Source of the DNA: Candidatus Woesebacteria bacterium RBG_16_42_24
GTDB lineage: Bacteria > Patescibacteriota > Microgenomatia > UBA8517
DNA: 64,000 bases
NCBI GenBank assembly: GCA_001792115.1
Contig: MGFX01000006.1
Location: 82,537-146,536 of the forward strand
Direction: 5' to 3'
Under the pieces are notes generated by a model. The model saw nothing but the letters and a program-made list of their open reading frames with translations. It did not search any database and was not told the DNA's origin. This document shows positions 51,910 through 60,487 of the stretch, piece by piece. How positions within the stretch are numbered: the stretch's first letter is position 1; every line of letters begins with the position of its first letter. A program made the position numbers and the translations under genes.

Positions 51910-53583
51910 GTGGACCTGACCCAGATTGCCCTACTTCTAGCGTGCGCAGGAACTTTAGGAGTTGTCGCTCGTATTCTTAAACAACCTCCTCTAATAGGCT
52001 ATCTTTTTGCGGGCCTTGGCTTGGCCGCTTTTGGAATCATTAAAGACCCCATTGCGCTGGCCGACTTTGGCAAAATAGGCGTTACCTTGCTTTTATTTTT
52101 GGTAGGTCTTGAGATGAACCTTAAAGAGCTTCCTTCATTAGGAAAAGTCGCTTTTAGCATAGGCCTCGGACAAATTGTATTTACGTCTCTTATTGGATTT
52201 TTGATTGCGCTAGCTTTGGGGTTTGCACCGGTTCCCTCTATTTACATAGCCGTTGCTCTGACATTCTCCTCGACAATAATAATTGTCAAGCTTCTTTCCG
52301 AGAAGGGGGACTTGGGGGCTCTTTATGGAAAAGTTACCCTGGGAGTTCTTTTAGTTCAGGACTTGGTTGCAATTCTTATTCTTATGTTTCTTTCGGGGGT
52401 AGGGGAGGGCGACATTTCCTTGATGAATTTCCTAGTAATTGGGGTAAAGGGCGCGGCCCTACTTGTTTCAACCTGGTTTCTTTCAAAAAAAATATTGCCC
52501 GAGATATTCGAGAGTGTTGTAGGTGAATCTACCGAGCTTCTTTTTATCTTAAGTATCGCCTGGGCCTTGGGGATTTCGGCACTTGTCGGCGGCCCCTTAG
52601 GCTTTAGTTTTGAGATCGGAGGGTTTTTAGCGGGACTCGCCCTTTCTAATCTGCCGGAGCACTTGGGAGTTGCAGCTAAAACCAGGCCCCTACGGGATTT
52701 TTTTCTTACAATCTTCTTTCTATTTCTGGGAACCCAACTTTTTGTCGGAAACATTGGACAGGTTGCAGGCGAGGTAGTTATTTTATCTTTCTTTGTATTG
52801 ATCGGAAATCCTTTAATTGTTCTTATTATTATGGGGCTTATGCGCTTCAAAAAAAGAAGCTCGTTTATGGCGGGAGTTGCACTGGCCCAGATTTCAGAAT
52901 TTTCGTTCATACTCATGTCGGTTGGGAAGTCGATGGGGCATATCGGAGAAGCGGAAGTAGCGCTTGTAGTTGTAGTTGGAGTCGTTACTATGACGGCCTC
53001 TTCCTACCTTATCCTTTATGCCGATAGGCTCTATCCGCTTTTTAAGAATATCCTTTCTGTGTTCGAAAGGGAAAAGACTAGGGAGGAGGCATTCGGTAGG
53101 GAGGTAGAGTACTCAAATCATATAGTTTTAGTTGGTTGTAACAGGGTGGGAATGACCCTACTTCCATTTTTAAAGCGAAAAAAGATTTTAACTTTGGTGG
53201 TCGACCATAATCCCAAAATATTTAATAACCTTACGGCGGACGGAGTACCGGTTATTTTAGGCGACATAGAAGACCCAGAGATTCTCTCGTTGGCAAAAAT
53301 GCAGACTGCTCAGATGGTCATTTCTTCAGTTCCATATTTAAACGATAACCTTTTACTGATTGAGCATATTAAATCCCTTTCTCGCAAACCTACTTTAATA
53401 GTTAAGGCCCAAAGTAGGAGAGATGCACTAAGACTCTATGAGAAAGGTGCGAACCTGGTCTTGATTCCCGAAGTCATAACCGGGGAGTTTTTACGCCACG
53501 TATTTCTCGCTCACGGAGTATCGGAAGAAAGGATAAAGAAGATGGGTAAAGGTCACTATAAACGCCTTATCTCTAGTGTCTAA
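51910..53583 (+). CDS. Monovalent cation:proton antiporter-2 (Kef-type) with C-terminal RCK/TrkA-N domain. Apparent GTG start
   Basis: 12-13 TM Na+/H+ exchanger-like core. C-terminal IVLVGCNRVGMTLLPFL, a Rossmann GxGxxG-like RCK domain. Confidence 0.85.
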   Translation: MDLTQIALLLACAGTLGVVARILKQPPLIGYLFAGLGLAAFGIIKDPIALADFGKIGVTLLLFLVGLEMNLKELPSLGKVAFSIGLGQIVFTSLIGFLIALALGFAPVPSIYIAVALTFSSTIIIVKLLSEKGDLGALYGKVTLGVLLVQDLVAILILMFLSGVGEGDISLMNFLVIGVKGAALLVSTWFLSKKILPEIFESVVGESTELLFILSIAWALGISALVGGPLGFSFEIGGFLAGLALSNLPEHLGVAAKTRPLRDFFLTIFFLFLGTQLFVGNIGQVAGEVVILSFFVLIGNPLIVLIIMGLMRFKKRSSFMAGVALAQISEFSFILMSVGKSMGHIGEAEVALVVVVGVVTMTASSYLILYADRLYPLFKNILSVFEREKTREEAFGREVEYSNHIVLVGCNRVGMTLLPFLKRKKILTLVVDHNPKIFNNLTADGVPVILGDIEDPEILSLAKMQTAQMVISSVPYLNDNLLLIEHIKSLSRKPTLIVKAQSRRDALRLYEKGANLVLIPEVITGEFLRHVFLAHGVSEERIKKMGKGHYKRLISSV

Positions 53584-53585
53584 CC

Positions 53586-54512
53586 ATGCACTCTGCCCGC
53601 AAAACACGTCTAAAGGATTTGAAAGTTAGGAGACAACGAAAGTTCGGCTTTGGGAAACTTATTATTTTTGGACTTTTTGCGTCAGTTGCAATTTGGCTAT
53701 TTACTTCCTCGAATCATTTCGCCGGAGAGAATAAACTGACCATAACATCGCCCATCGGAGAGGGAGACGTCTTGGTGGTCACATTTGATAGAAAAGTTGG
53801 GGAAGTTACCAGTATCAAAATTCCTGGAGATACGGAAGTTAGCGTTGCTGGACAACTTGGAAATTGGAGGATAAAAAGTGTTTGGCAGCTTGGGATTAAT
53901 GAAGGAGTAGGTGGAAGGCTTCTGGCAGAAACAGTTACCAAAAATTTCAAGTTTCCAGTTAACGCCTGGACAGATAGCCAGGGTTTGGGACTTATGGAGG
54001 AGAGTTTAGCCGCAAGACTGAAGGCCGTTTTCTATCCCTATGACACCAATTTGGGATTAGGCGATAAAATTTCTCTGGCATTATTTTCTTTAGGGGTAAG
54101 AAATTTTGATAGGGTAGAGGTGGATCTTTCGGATTCTTCATATCTTAAGAAGACCAGACTCAAGGATGGCAACGAGGGTTACATGATAACTAGTAGCATG
54201 CCGCAAAATTTAATAGTCGTATTTGCAGATAGCGAAATGGCGGTTTTTGGCGTGAGAATCATTTTAAAAAACTTTAGCGGCGACAAAACTCTCTCAAATG
54301 ACGTGGCCGGAGTTTTAGAGGTACTCGGCGGCAAAGTAGCGGCGAGTGTTGATGAACAGGCAGAAGACAAAGATTGCGAAGTTTTGGCAAAAAAAGAGAT
54401 TTTCGCACAAAAAATATCTAGACTATTTGACTGCCAAATTATAAACGAGGATCCAGAAGGAAATTTCGATTTAGAGGTTAGAGTTGGTAGGCAGTTTGCA
54501 AAACGATTCTAA
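53586..54512 (+). CDS. LytR-CpsA-Psr (LCP)-family protein candidate
   Basis: N-terminal TM. IKIPGDTEVSVAGQLGNWRIKSVWQLG..GG resembles the LCP core (IPRDT..V.....KIN.A...GG). C-terminal LytR_C-like segment. Confidence 0.6.
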   Translation: MHSARKTRLKDLKVRRQRKFGFGKLIIFGLFASVAIWLFTSSNHFAGENKLTITSPIGEGDVLVVTFDRKVGEVTSIKIPGDTEVSVAGQLGNWRIKSVWQLGINEGVGGRLLAETVTKNFKFPVNAWTDSQGLGLMEESLAARLKAVFYPYDTNLGLGDKISLALFSLGVRNFDRVEVDLSDSSYLKKTRLKDGNEGYMITSSMPQNLIVVFADSEMAVFGVRIILKNFSGDKTLSNDVAGVLEVLGGKVAASVDEQAEDKDCEVLAKKEIFAQKISRLFDCQIINEDPEGNFDLEVRVGRQFAKRF

Positions 54513-55207
54513 AAAGTTTCCTCGACTTCTTCGGGCGGGGAGGGAAGCTCCTCTCTTTTGTGTACGAGTTCCGGAGGTGTGAAAGAAACGTATTCTATTT
54601 TCTCTGCAGGGAAAGAATTGAGGTCCTCAAACTCTTTAGGGCGGCCCACCTCTTTAATAAAAATGCTGACGTCGTGCTCCTCGATCGACTTGACTACGAT
54701 TTTATATTGATAACCGTAGTTAATAAGTTTGCGAAGCCTAGCCGAGAGGTCGTCCGGTAGTCTGCCTATATATTTTCCCTCCCCGGTTAGCACGGAGATT
54801 CTGTGAGAGCGGGGATTAATAGATACTTCGTCTCCGGCGTCTAGTTTAGCCAGAACCTTTTCGTCAGCAATGTTTAGCAAGGACACTATTTTGGTCCTGC
54901 CTGCCTCTTCCAAAAAAAGCTGGGCGGGAAGGATAGACCCTTTTTGGGTCTCGCCCTTTTTGAATCCCTTCCACTTCCTCAATGATTTTTCGGCTATTGT
55001 ATTGAAAGGGTCGATTTTAAGGACTTTCTCGGCGGTACTTCTAGCTTTTGTTATTTCACCCAGCTCGGCATATGCTCGGGCCAGACGATTTAAGGCATCA
55101 ATATCCTTAGGAGTTTCTCTAAGTATCTTTTTATTTATCTCGCGGGCTTCTTTCCAGAAGCCGGAGAGTGCCGAAGAAATGGCTTTTTGGGCAAGGTCAA
55201 TGTCCAT
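54509..55207 (-). CDS. TPR-repeat hypothetical protein
   Basis: TPR-like helices (ALNRLARAYAELGEITKARSTAEKVLKIDPFN). Confidence 0.5.
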   Translation of the reverse strand: MDIDLAQKAISSALSGFWKEAREINKKILRETPKDIDALNRLARAYAELGEITKARSTAEKVLKIDPFNTIAEKSLRKWKGFKKGETQKGSILPAQLFLEEAGRTKIVSLLNIADEKVLAKLDAGDEVSINPRSHRISVLTGEGKYIGRLPDDLSARLRKLINYGYQYKIVVKSIEEHDVSIFIKEVGRPKEFEDLNSFPAEKIEYVSFTPPELVHKREELPSPPEEVEETF

Positions 55208-55421
55208 GTAGTTAATTCAAAACTCAAATGTCAAAAGGCAAAAATCTTAAGTTTTGAGTCCTAAGCTTTGACCTTTGACTTTCTTATACGAGTATAGATG
55301 TGTAAAAGGGGCTGTCAAGCCCCACAGATTAAACTCAAGTATGTAACCCATAGTTTGTATTACGTTGAATCTTCTGCTATAATTTCATTATCCGAGCTAA
55401 TCTTAGTGAAGGGAGTAGGGA

Positions 55422-55625
55422 ATGCTCTGGGATTTTTTAGCACTTTTACTCGCAGGGGCTGTCTTCGCAGCGATCTCAGCGATCATCAGTGCTTTTACGC
55501 CGGCAGTCTCTGATCTAAAGCCGATCACTGCTATTTTGCCGGCGATTGGCCTGGCATCCATGGTAATCCTACCCTGGATCGCCCTTGTGCGAAGGCAAAG
55601 AAAAGACAATAGGGAGGAGTCATGA
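55422..55625 (+). CDS. Small two-TM membrane protein (67 aa) in a GC-rich islet
   Basis: LALLLAGAVFAAISAIISAF...ILPAIGLASMVILPWIAL. Local GC is clearly higher than the flanks. Confidence 0.4.
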   Translation: MLWDFLALLLAGAVFAAISAIISAFTPAVSDLKPITAILPAIGLASMVILPWIALVRRQRKDNREES

Positions 55626-55789
55626 GCAAGAGTGGCCGGATCGAAGGCATCGAGAACGAAACAACCCCGACGCCGGGAGTGATACCTGCTATCTCGACCG
55701 GAGAAGCGGTGTTCTTAACTCTTTGCCTGGTTGTACCGGTTCTTGTGGTCGCAGTCAAGTATCTCACGCTCGTTTTTGCCGGGCCCTGA
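55622..55789 (+). CDS. Small single-TM protein (55 aa), overlapping the previous stop (ATGA). Below track threshold
   Basis: MSKSGRIEGIENETTPTPGVIPAISTGEAVFLTLCLVVPVLVVAVKYLTLVFAGP. Same GC-rich islet. Confidence 0.3.
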   Translation: MSKSGRIEGIENETTPTPGVIPAISTGEAVFLTLCLVVPVLVVAVKYLTLVFAGP

Positions 55790-55910
55790 GGTCGCACGAA
55801 GGCGATCAAATGTGAGTGAAGGAGGAGCGCCCGGAGGCGTTTGGTTGGCATTAAGCCACACCAAATTGCCGTTGATGGGCGCTCGTTTCATTTATAGGGG
55901 CATTTTTTCG

Positions 55911-55918
55911 GTGTATAA
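55911..55918 (+). promoter_or_regulatory. Extended -10-like element (TGTATAAT) 10 nt upstream of the yebC start
   Basis: ggtgtataattgccttggtATG. No obvious SD, possibly a short leader. Confidence 0.3.
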
Positions 55919-55928
55919 TTGCCTTGGT

Positions 55929-56666
55929 ATGAGCGGCCATTCACACTACGCAACAATTAAACGTCAAAAAGAAACAAAAGACGCGGCCCGCGGCAATATG
56001 TTCTCAAAGCTTGCCAAAGCGATTTCTATTGCAGCCAAAAGCGGGGGAGGGATAGATCCCAATTCTAACTTCAAATTGAGGGTTGCGATCGATAAAGCTA
56101 GAAGCTTCAATATGCCCAAGGAAAACATTGAAAGGGCTCTTCGGCAAGCTCAGGGTAAACTAGAAGTAGAGGAGGTTACCTATGAAGGTTTTGGGCCTGG
56201 TGGAGTGGCTGTCATGGTAGAGGTAGCTACGGACAACCGGAATCGAACGGGACAGGAAATTAAAAACATTTTCGAAAGGGTAGGGGGGCATTTGGCAGGC
56301 CCGGGAGCCGTGTCTTTTAATTTTGAGTCAAGAGGTCAATTCGTCGTCAGAAAAGAAACAGACTCCGAAGCTCAAATGCTAAAGCTGATAGATTTAGGGG
56401 TGGAGGACATGGAAGAAACGGAGGATGGTATTGAAGTTCATGTTGCTCCAGAGAAATTAAGTGAAGTTAGGAGAGCCCTGGAGGAGTCAGGATTTATAGT
56501 TACCGCTACAGAACTTGTCCAAAAACCCAAAAACTATGTTTCTGTCACAGAGCCGAAAGAGGCAAGTAAAGCGATTTCTTTTTTGGACGCTCTTACAGAA
56601 CACGAAGACATTCAGAAAGTTTTCGCTAACTTGGATGTACCGACGGAGATTCTATCCAAGCTTTGA
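55929..56666 (+). CDS. yebC: YebC/PmpR-family probable transcriptional regulator
   Basis: MSGHSHYATIKRQKETKDAARGNMFSKLAKAISIAAKSGGGIDPNSNFKLRVAIDKAR, a nearly invariant YebC N-terminus. Start moved to the ATG at 55929. Confidence 0.9.
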   Translation: MSGHSHYATIKRQKETKDAARGNMFSKLAKAISIAAKSGGGIDPNSNFKLRVAIDKARSFNMPKENIERALRQAQGKLEVEEVTYEGFGPGGVAVMVEVATDNRNRTGQEIKNIFERVGGHLAGPGAVSFNFESRGQFVVRKETDSEAQMLKLIDLGVEDMEETEDGIEVHVAPEKLSEVRRALEESGFIVTATELVQKPKNYVSVTEPKEASKAISFLDALTEHEDIQKVFANLDVPTEILSKL

Positions 56667-57439
56667 ATATGTCGAAGAGAAAAAAGTTCTTAATAACTTC
56701 AGGGATTCTTTCTCTAGGTTTTTTCCTTCTTCAGTTTCTCAAAGACCAGAATAAATTTATTGCGGTTGGGTTCCTTGCAGTTCTTACTCTGATATTATTT
56801 TATTGGTCGCTGAAAGAGGGCTTAGGGCGCAATATGACCCTTCTTACGTTAATTTTGCCTTTCCTTTTTACCTTGGGAGTGGGGGCCTTTTGGTTTCTTC
56901 TTCCGGTTAATGTTTTTACCCGAATACCGATTGTTGCACTTTACTTAGCAGGAATATATGTTTTGTGTCTCACCGCAAATATCTATACAGTGGCGGCCAT
57001 AAGAACGATTGCGCTTCTACGTGCCGCTCGTGGAGTAGGATTTGTACTCACTCTTCTCGTTTCCTTCCTAATTTTTGACGCAATCTTCTCACTTAAACTC
57101 ACGCCGTGGTTTACAGCTCCTTTAGTAGGAGTTTCGTCATTTCTACTTTTTGCCCAGGGGCTCTGGGTTATAAGTCTGGAAAAGGAATTTTCCAGAAATT
57201 TATTCTTAATTCCCACTCTCTTTGGCTTGGTAATGGGGGAGATTGCAATCTTACTTTTTTTCTGGCCGGTGACGGTTGTGGTAGGATCGCTTTTTTTGAC
57301 AGTCTCGGTCTACATGCTTCTCGGACTTGGACAGGCAAAGCTGGAGGAGCGGCTTTTTCCTTCAACGGTTAGGGAATACCTGGTAGTAGGGGTACTCGTT
57401 TTTATCGGAATGTTTTTTGCGACCCGCTGGGGAGGATGA
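56663..57439 (+). CDS. Hypothetical integral membrane protein (multi-TM)
   Basis: 6-8 TM helices. No motif. Confidence 0.5.
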   Translation: MNMSKRKKFLITSGILSLGFFLLQFLKDQNKFIAVGFLAVLTLILFYWSLKEGLGRNMTLLTLILPFLFTLGVGAFWFLLPVNVFTRIPIVALYLAGIYVLCLTANIYTVAAIRTIALLRAARGVGFVLTLLVSFLIFDAIFSLKLTPWFTAPLVGVSSFLLFAQGLWVISLEKEFSRNLFLIPTLFGLVMGEIAILLFFWPVTVVVGSLFLTVSVYMLLGLGQAKLEERLFPSTVREYLVVGVLVFIGMFFATRWGG

Positions 57440-58258
57440 AGACAATTGAAAATCGATAATTGACAATTGAAAATTTTCAGAGACACATACTAAGAGGGGA
57501 GAGAGGGGAGTAACTTCAAATATTTAGCAATACACCCCATAATTTGCCAATACTTTTCACAAATATTATAGGTAGTTTTCACAAAAAGCGACGTAACGGG
57601 TTCGCCGAAGATTAACCGAACAAGTAATGATATAGAATGATCTAGTCATTGGGCACGGAGAAATAGTGTCTAGCCTGGCTCTTCTCCCTTTAATGTGGAT
57701 AACTATTTACTCAGTCTCTCATAGAACTCCCCAGGGAGGAGGTAGAGGATATTATCTTAAAGAGTCTCTAGGAGAGTTGTTCTACAAATTTAATAGGTAA
57801 TAAGTAACCTCACAAGGCGAAGGTGTATGAGAATCTGTATTCTCTTTAGATGCCCCCACGGTTTTATTTAAGAGACGCGCTAGCCGGGGAAGAACGATTG
57901 TATATTGTCGCACAATAATACTTTTACGACGTAACCAAGATTGACTCTGGGAGGAGAGTATTTTCTCTACTTTACTATCTTTCTTCTTATTTATTTAATG
58001 TCATAAAAGTTTTTTCTATTCAAATTACTCTATTTTTGGTTGGGTCCACCAATTTTTTAAACCGAATAAAAAGCGAAGGAATTTAGCCTTCCTGCTACTC
58101 CTCTGGTTTAGTGTACTTTTGTGGACCTTTTGTAATTTCCGAACAAATTGAAGAAAATCCCATATATTCGGGACGATTAGATAGTCGTCTTTATCAAATG
58201 ACAGACCTTAGAATCGATTTGGCGAGATCGTTATTGTATGTTAGAATCGCATTTAAAT

Positions 58259-58954
58259 ATGGCTGACGGAGTTGAAAAGCGACCATTTTTCCCATATCCG
58301 GAATTTTATTTGGGAAGTCAGGGTAAATATGTTCACAACGAGTGGACCAGATTTGCCGATGATAAATTAATGACCCAGCCCAATATGGAGCAAGGGTTGA
58401 CACAAGCGACTTATCAGAATTGGCTGGATTGGCAATACGAACTATTTGCGATAAATGATTTGGACAATCCTTTAGAGCGGTCTCCACAGGAGCTCCAATT
58501 AGCCCACAGAATTGAACCATTGTGGATGATGTCTTTTGAGCAAAAACGGTTTTTTCCAGGTGTGGAAATTCTGAGTGCCCCCGGCGATGATTCACTTCCA
58601 AATCGTGTGTCAACATGGTCCGCTACGATTATTGATCCGGCGACTCTCAAGTTTCATAGATTGGAGCGAGAACTGATTCAAGACAGGTTCGGAAACGACG
58701 CTTTTGTAGAAAGATTTTATGAATGTATAACCCGCGGTGATGAAGGAAATCTTCAACAAATTGTTATCGTAACAAGTGGTGGAAGTAATTACGCCTCCGA
58801 TAGACATTTTATGAGAGTTGAACCGATCATTCAGTGGTCGTCGGCATACACTCTAAAAGTTGATAATTTACACCGGTTTTTAGATTTGGCGGATCCGGTT
58901 GATACTGAAGTTAAATCAAAGCGGGATGCATATTTGTTAAGGACTTACCCCTAG
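58259..58954 (+). CDS. Hypothetical protein (~231 aa), unknown function
   Basis: ORF with Trp-rich segments. Upstream of the recombinase gene. Confidence 0.45.
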   Translation: MADGVEKRPFFPYPEFYLGSQGKYVHNEWTRFADDKLMTQPNMEQGLTQATYQNWLDWQYELFAINDLDNPLERSPQELQLAHRIEPLWMMSFEQKRFFPGVEILSAPGDDSLPNRVSTWSATIIDPATLKFHRLERELIQDRFGNDAFVERFYECITRGDEGNLQQIVIVTSGGSNYASDRHFMRVEPIIQWSSAYTLKVDNLHRFLDLADPVDTEVKSKRDAYLLRTYP

Positions 58955-59022
58955 TTGGCCATATCCCATTGTGTCGCACAATCTTGACACACTAACCCGA
59001 TTTTGATAAGCTGACTTTATAA

Positions 59023-59979
59023 GTGGCTGATACTGCCCAGGTTAGTCAGTCAGAGATTGGTAAGAAGACAGAAGAATTTCTCGATTATCTTCAGGTCGAG
59101 CGTGGTTCCTCTCCCCTAACAATAAGAAACTATAGGCATTACTTAAACCGATTTATAGGGTGGCTTGGTGTCGAGCATATCCACCAGGGACTCAGCGATA
59201 TCAACTCAGAAATAGTTAGGCGTTTCAGAGTTTATCTCTCGGGTCTTTCGGACCGAAAAGGCGGGACCCTTGGTAGAAAAACCCAAGGGTATCATGCAAT
59301 TGCCTTAAGGAGCTTCCTTAAATGGCTAATCAAGAATGACTATAAAGTTTTGGCTCCAGAAAAAATCGACTTGCCCAAGATTCCAGAAAGGCAAGTTAAA
59401 TTCCTCTCGGGGGACCAAGTAGACAGACTCCTTAACTCCCCTTCCCTGTCAACTATTCAGGGAAAGCGTGATAAAGCAATATTAGAAGTATTTTTTTCCA
59501 CGGGCCTTCGGGTTTCAGAGCTTACTAAATTAGACCGCGACAAGATTGACCTGGACAGGAGAGAATTTGGTATTGTAGGAAAAGGGGGTAGAGCAAGAGT
59601 TGTATTTCTTTCGACTCGTGCGGCAGAATGGCTTCATAAGTATTTGGGAGAAAGGCGCGACCATTATAAACCTCTTTTTATTCGCCATAAGGGGAAAGTC
59701 GAGCCCACAACAGCCGACGAAAAAATGCGCCTCACTCCCCGCTCGGTGCAAAGGATGATAAAAAAGTATGCAAGAAAAATAAAACTTCCGGTTGACGCTA
59801 CTCCCCACGTACTTCGCCATTCATTCGCCACAGACCTTCTTATGGCCGGGGCAGACATTAGAAGTGTCCAGGAAATGCTTGGACACAAAAACATCTCCAC
59901 AACCCAAATTTACACACACGTTACCAATAAGCAACTCCGAGAGGTGCACTCCGCCTTCCATGGTAAGGGTGGGAATTAA
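59023..59979 (+). CDS. Tyrosine site-specific recombinase, XerC/XerD family
   Basis: N-terminal SAM-like FLDYLQVERGSSPLTIRNYRHYLNRF. Catalytic RHSFATDLLMAGADIRSVQEMLGHKNISTTQIYTHV (R..H.R.Y residues). Confidence 0.85.
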   Translation: MADTAQVSQSEIGKKTEEFLDYLQVERGSSPLTIRNYRHYLNRFIGWLGVEHIHQGLSDINSEIVRRFRVYLSGLSDRKGGTLGRKTQGYHAIALRSFLKWLIKNDYKVLAPEKIDLPKIPERQVKFLSGDQVDRLLNSPSLSTIQGKRDKAILEVFFSTGLRVSELTKLDRDKIDLDRREFGIVGKGGRARVVFLSTRAAEWLHKYLGERRDHYKPLFIRHKGKVEPTTADEKMRLTPRSVQRMIKKYARKIKLPVDATPHVLRHSFATDLLMAGADIRSVQEMLGHKNISTTQIYTHVTNKQLREVHSAFHGKGGN

Positions 59980-60483
59980 ATGAAGACGATTATTTTGCCC
60001 GGCTACTCGCTCCATAATAAGGATTGGGCGCAAGATTTAAAAAGAGAGCTTAATTTGGGACACGAGATTATTGTTCACAATTGGGAACATTGGCAAGGCA
60101 AAGCGAGCCTCTCTCCCAGAAGGGAAACCGCAAGAATTTTGCAGGAGTTAGGGGAAGGTGAGGTCAATATCATCGCAAAATCTGTAGGGACGTTTATTTG
60201 CGTAATTCTTGCTCCCAATTTGAAAGGAAGGGTCAGAAAAGTTATTCTCTGTGGTATTCCATCGGTATCGAATGATAGAAAAGAAAAATTCATAGATGGT
60301 TTGAGAGAAATTCCCAGCGAAAATGTGATTTGTTTTCAGAATGCCGGGGATCCGTTTGCCTCATATGACGAGGTCAAGATTTTTTTAGCGGGTGTTAGTC
60401 CGAAAATAAAGGTTATTAAAAAAGAAAGAAGCGACCATAGCTACCCATATCCTGAAGAATTTACGCGGTTCTTAAATGAATAG
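59980..60483 (+). CDS. Small alpha/beta-hydrolase-fold protein candidate (167 aa)
   Basis: IIAKSVGT nucleophile-elbow-like (xxSxG). Size and layout like YdeN/RBBP9-type serine hydrolases. Weak. Confidence 0.45.
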   Translation: MKTIILPGYSLHNKDWAQDLKRELNLGHEIIVHNWEHWQGKASLSPRRETARILQELGEGEVNIIAKSVGTFICVILAPNLKGRVRKVILCGIPSVSNDRKEKFIDGLREIPSENVICFQNAGDPFASYDEVKIFLAGVSPKIKVIKKERSDHSYPYPEEFTRFLNE

Positions 60484-60487
60484 TGAA

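Noticed and set aside
57440-58237. tmRNA, RNase P RNA or SRP RNA in the large intergenic region
   Set aside because: None of the conserved hallmarks was found by eye on either strand: the tRNA-like GGTTCGA..CC 3' domain, the GGAAAGTCCGG P4 motif, or the AGGUC.GGAAGGAAGCAGC helix-8 motif. This remains untested by covariance models.
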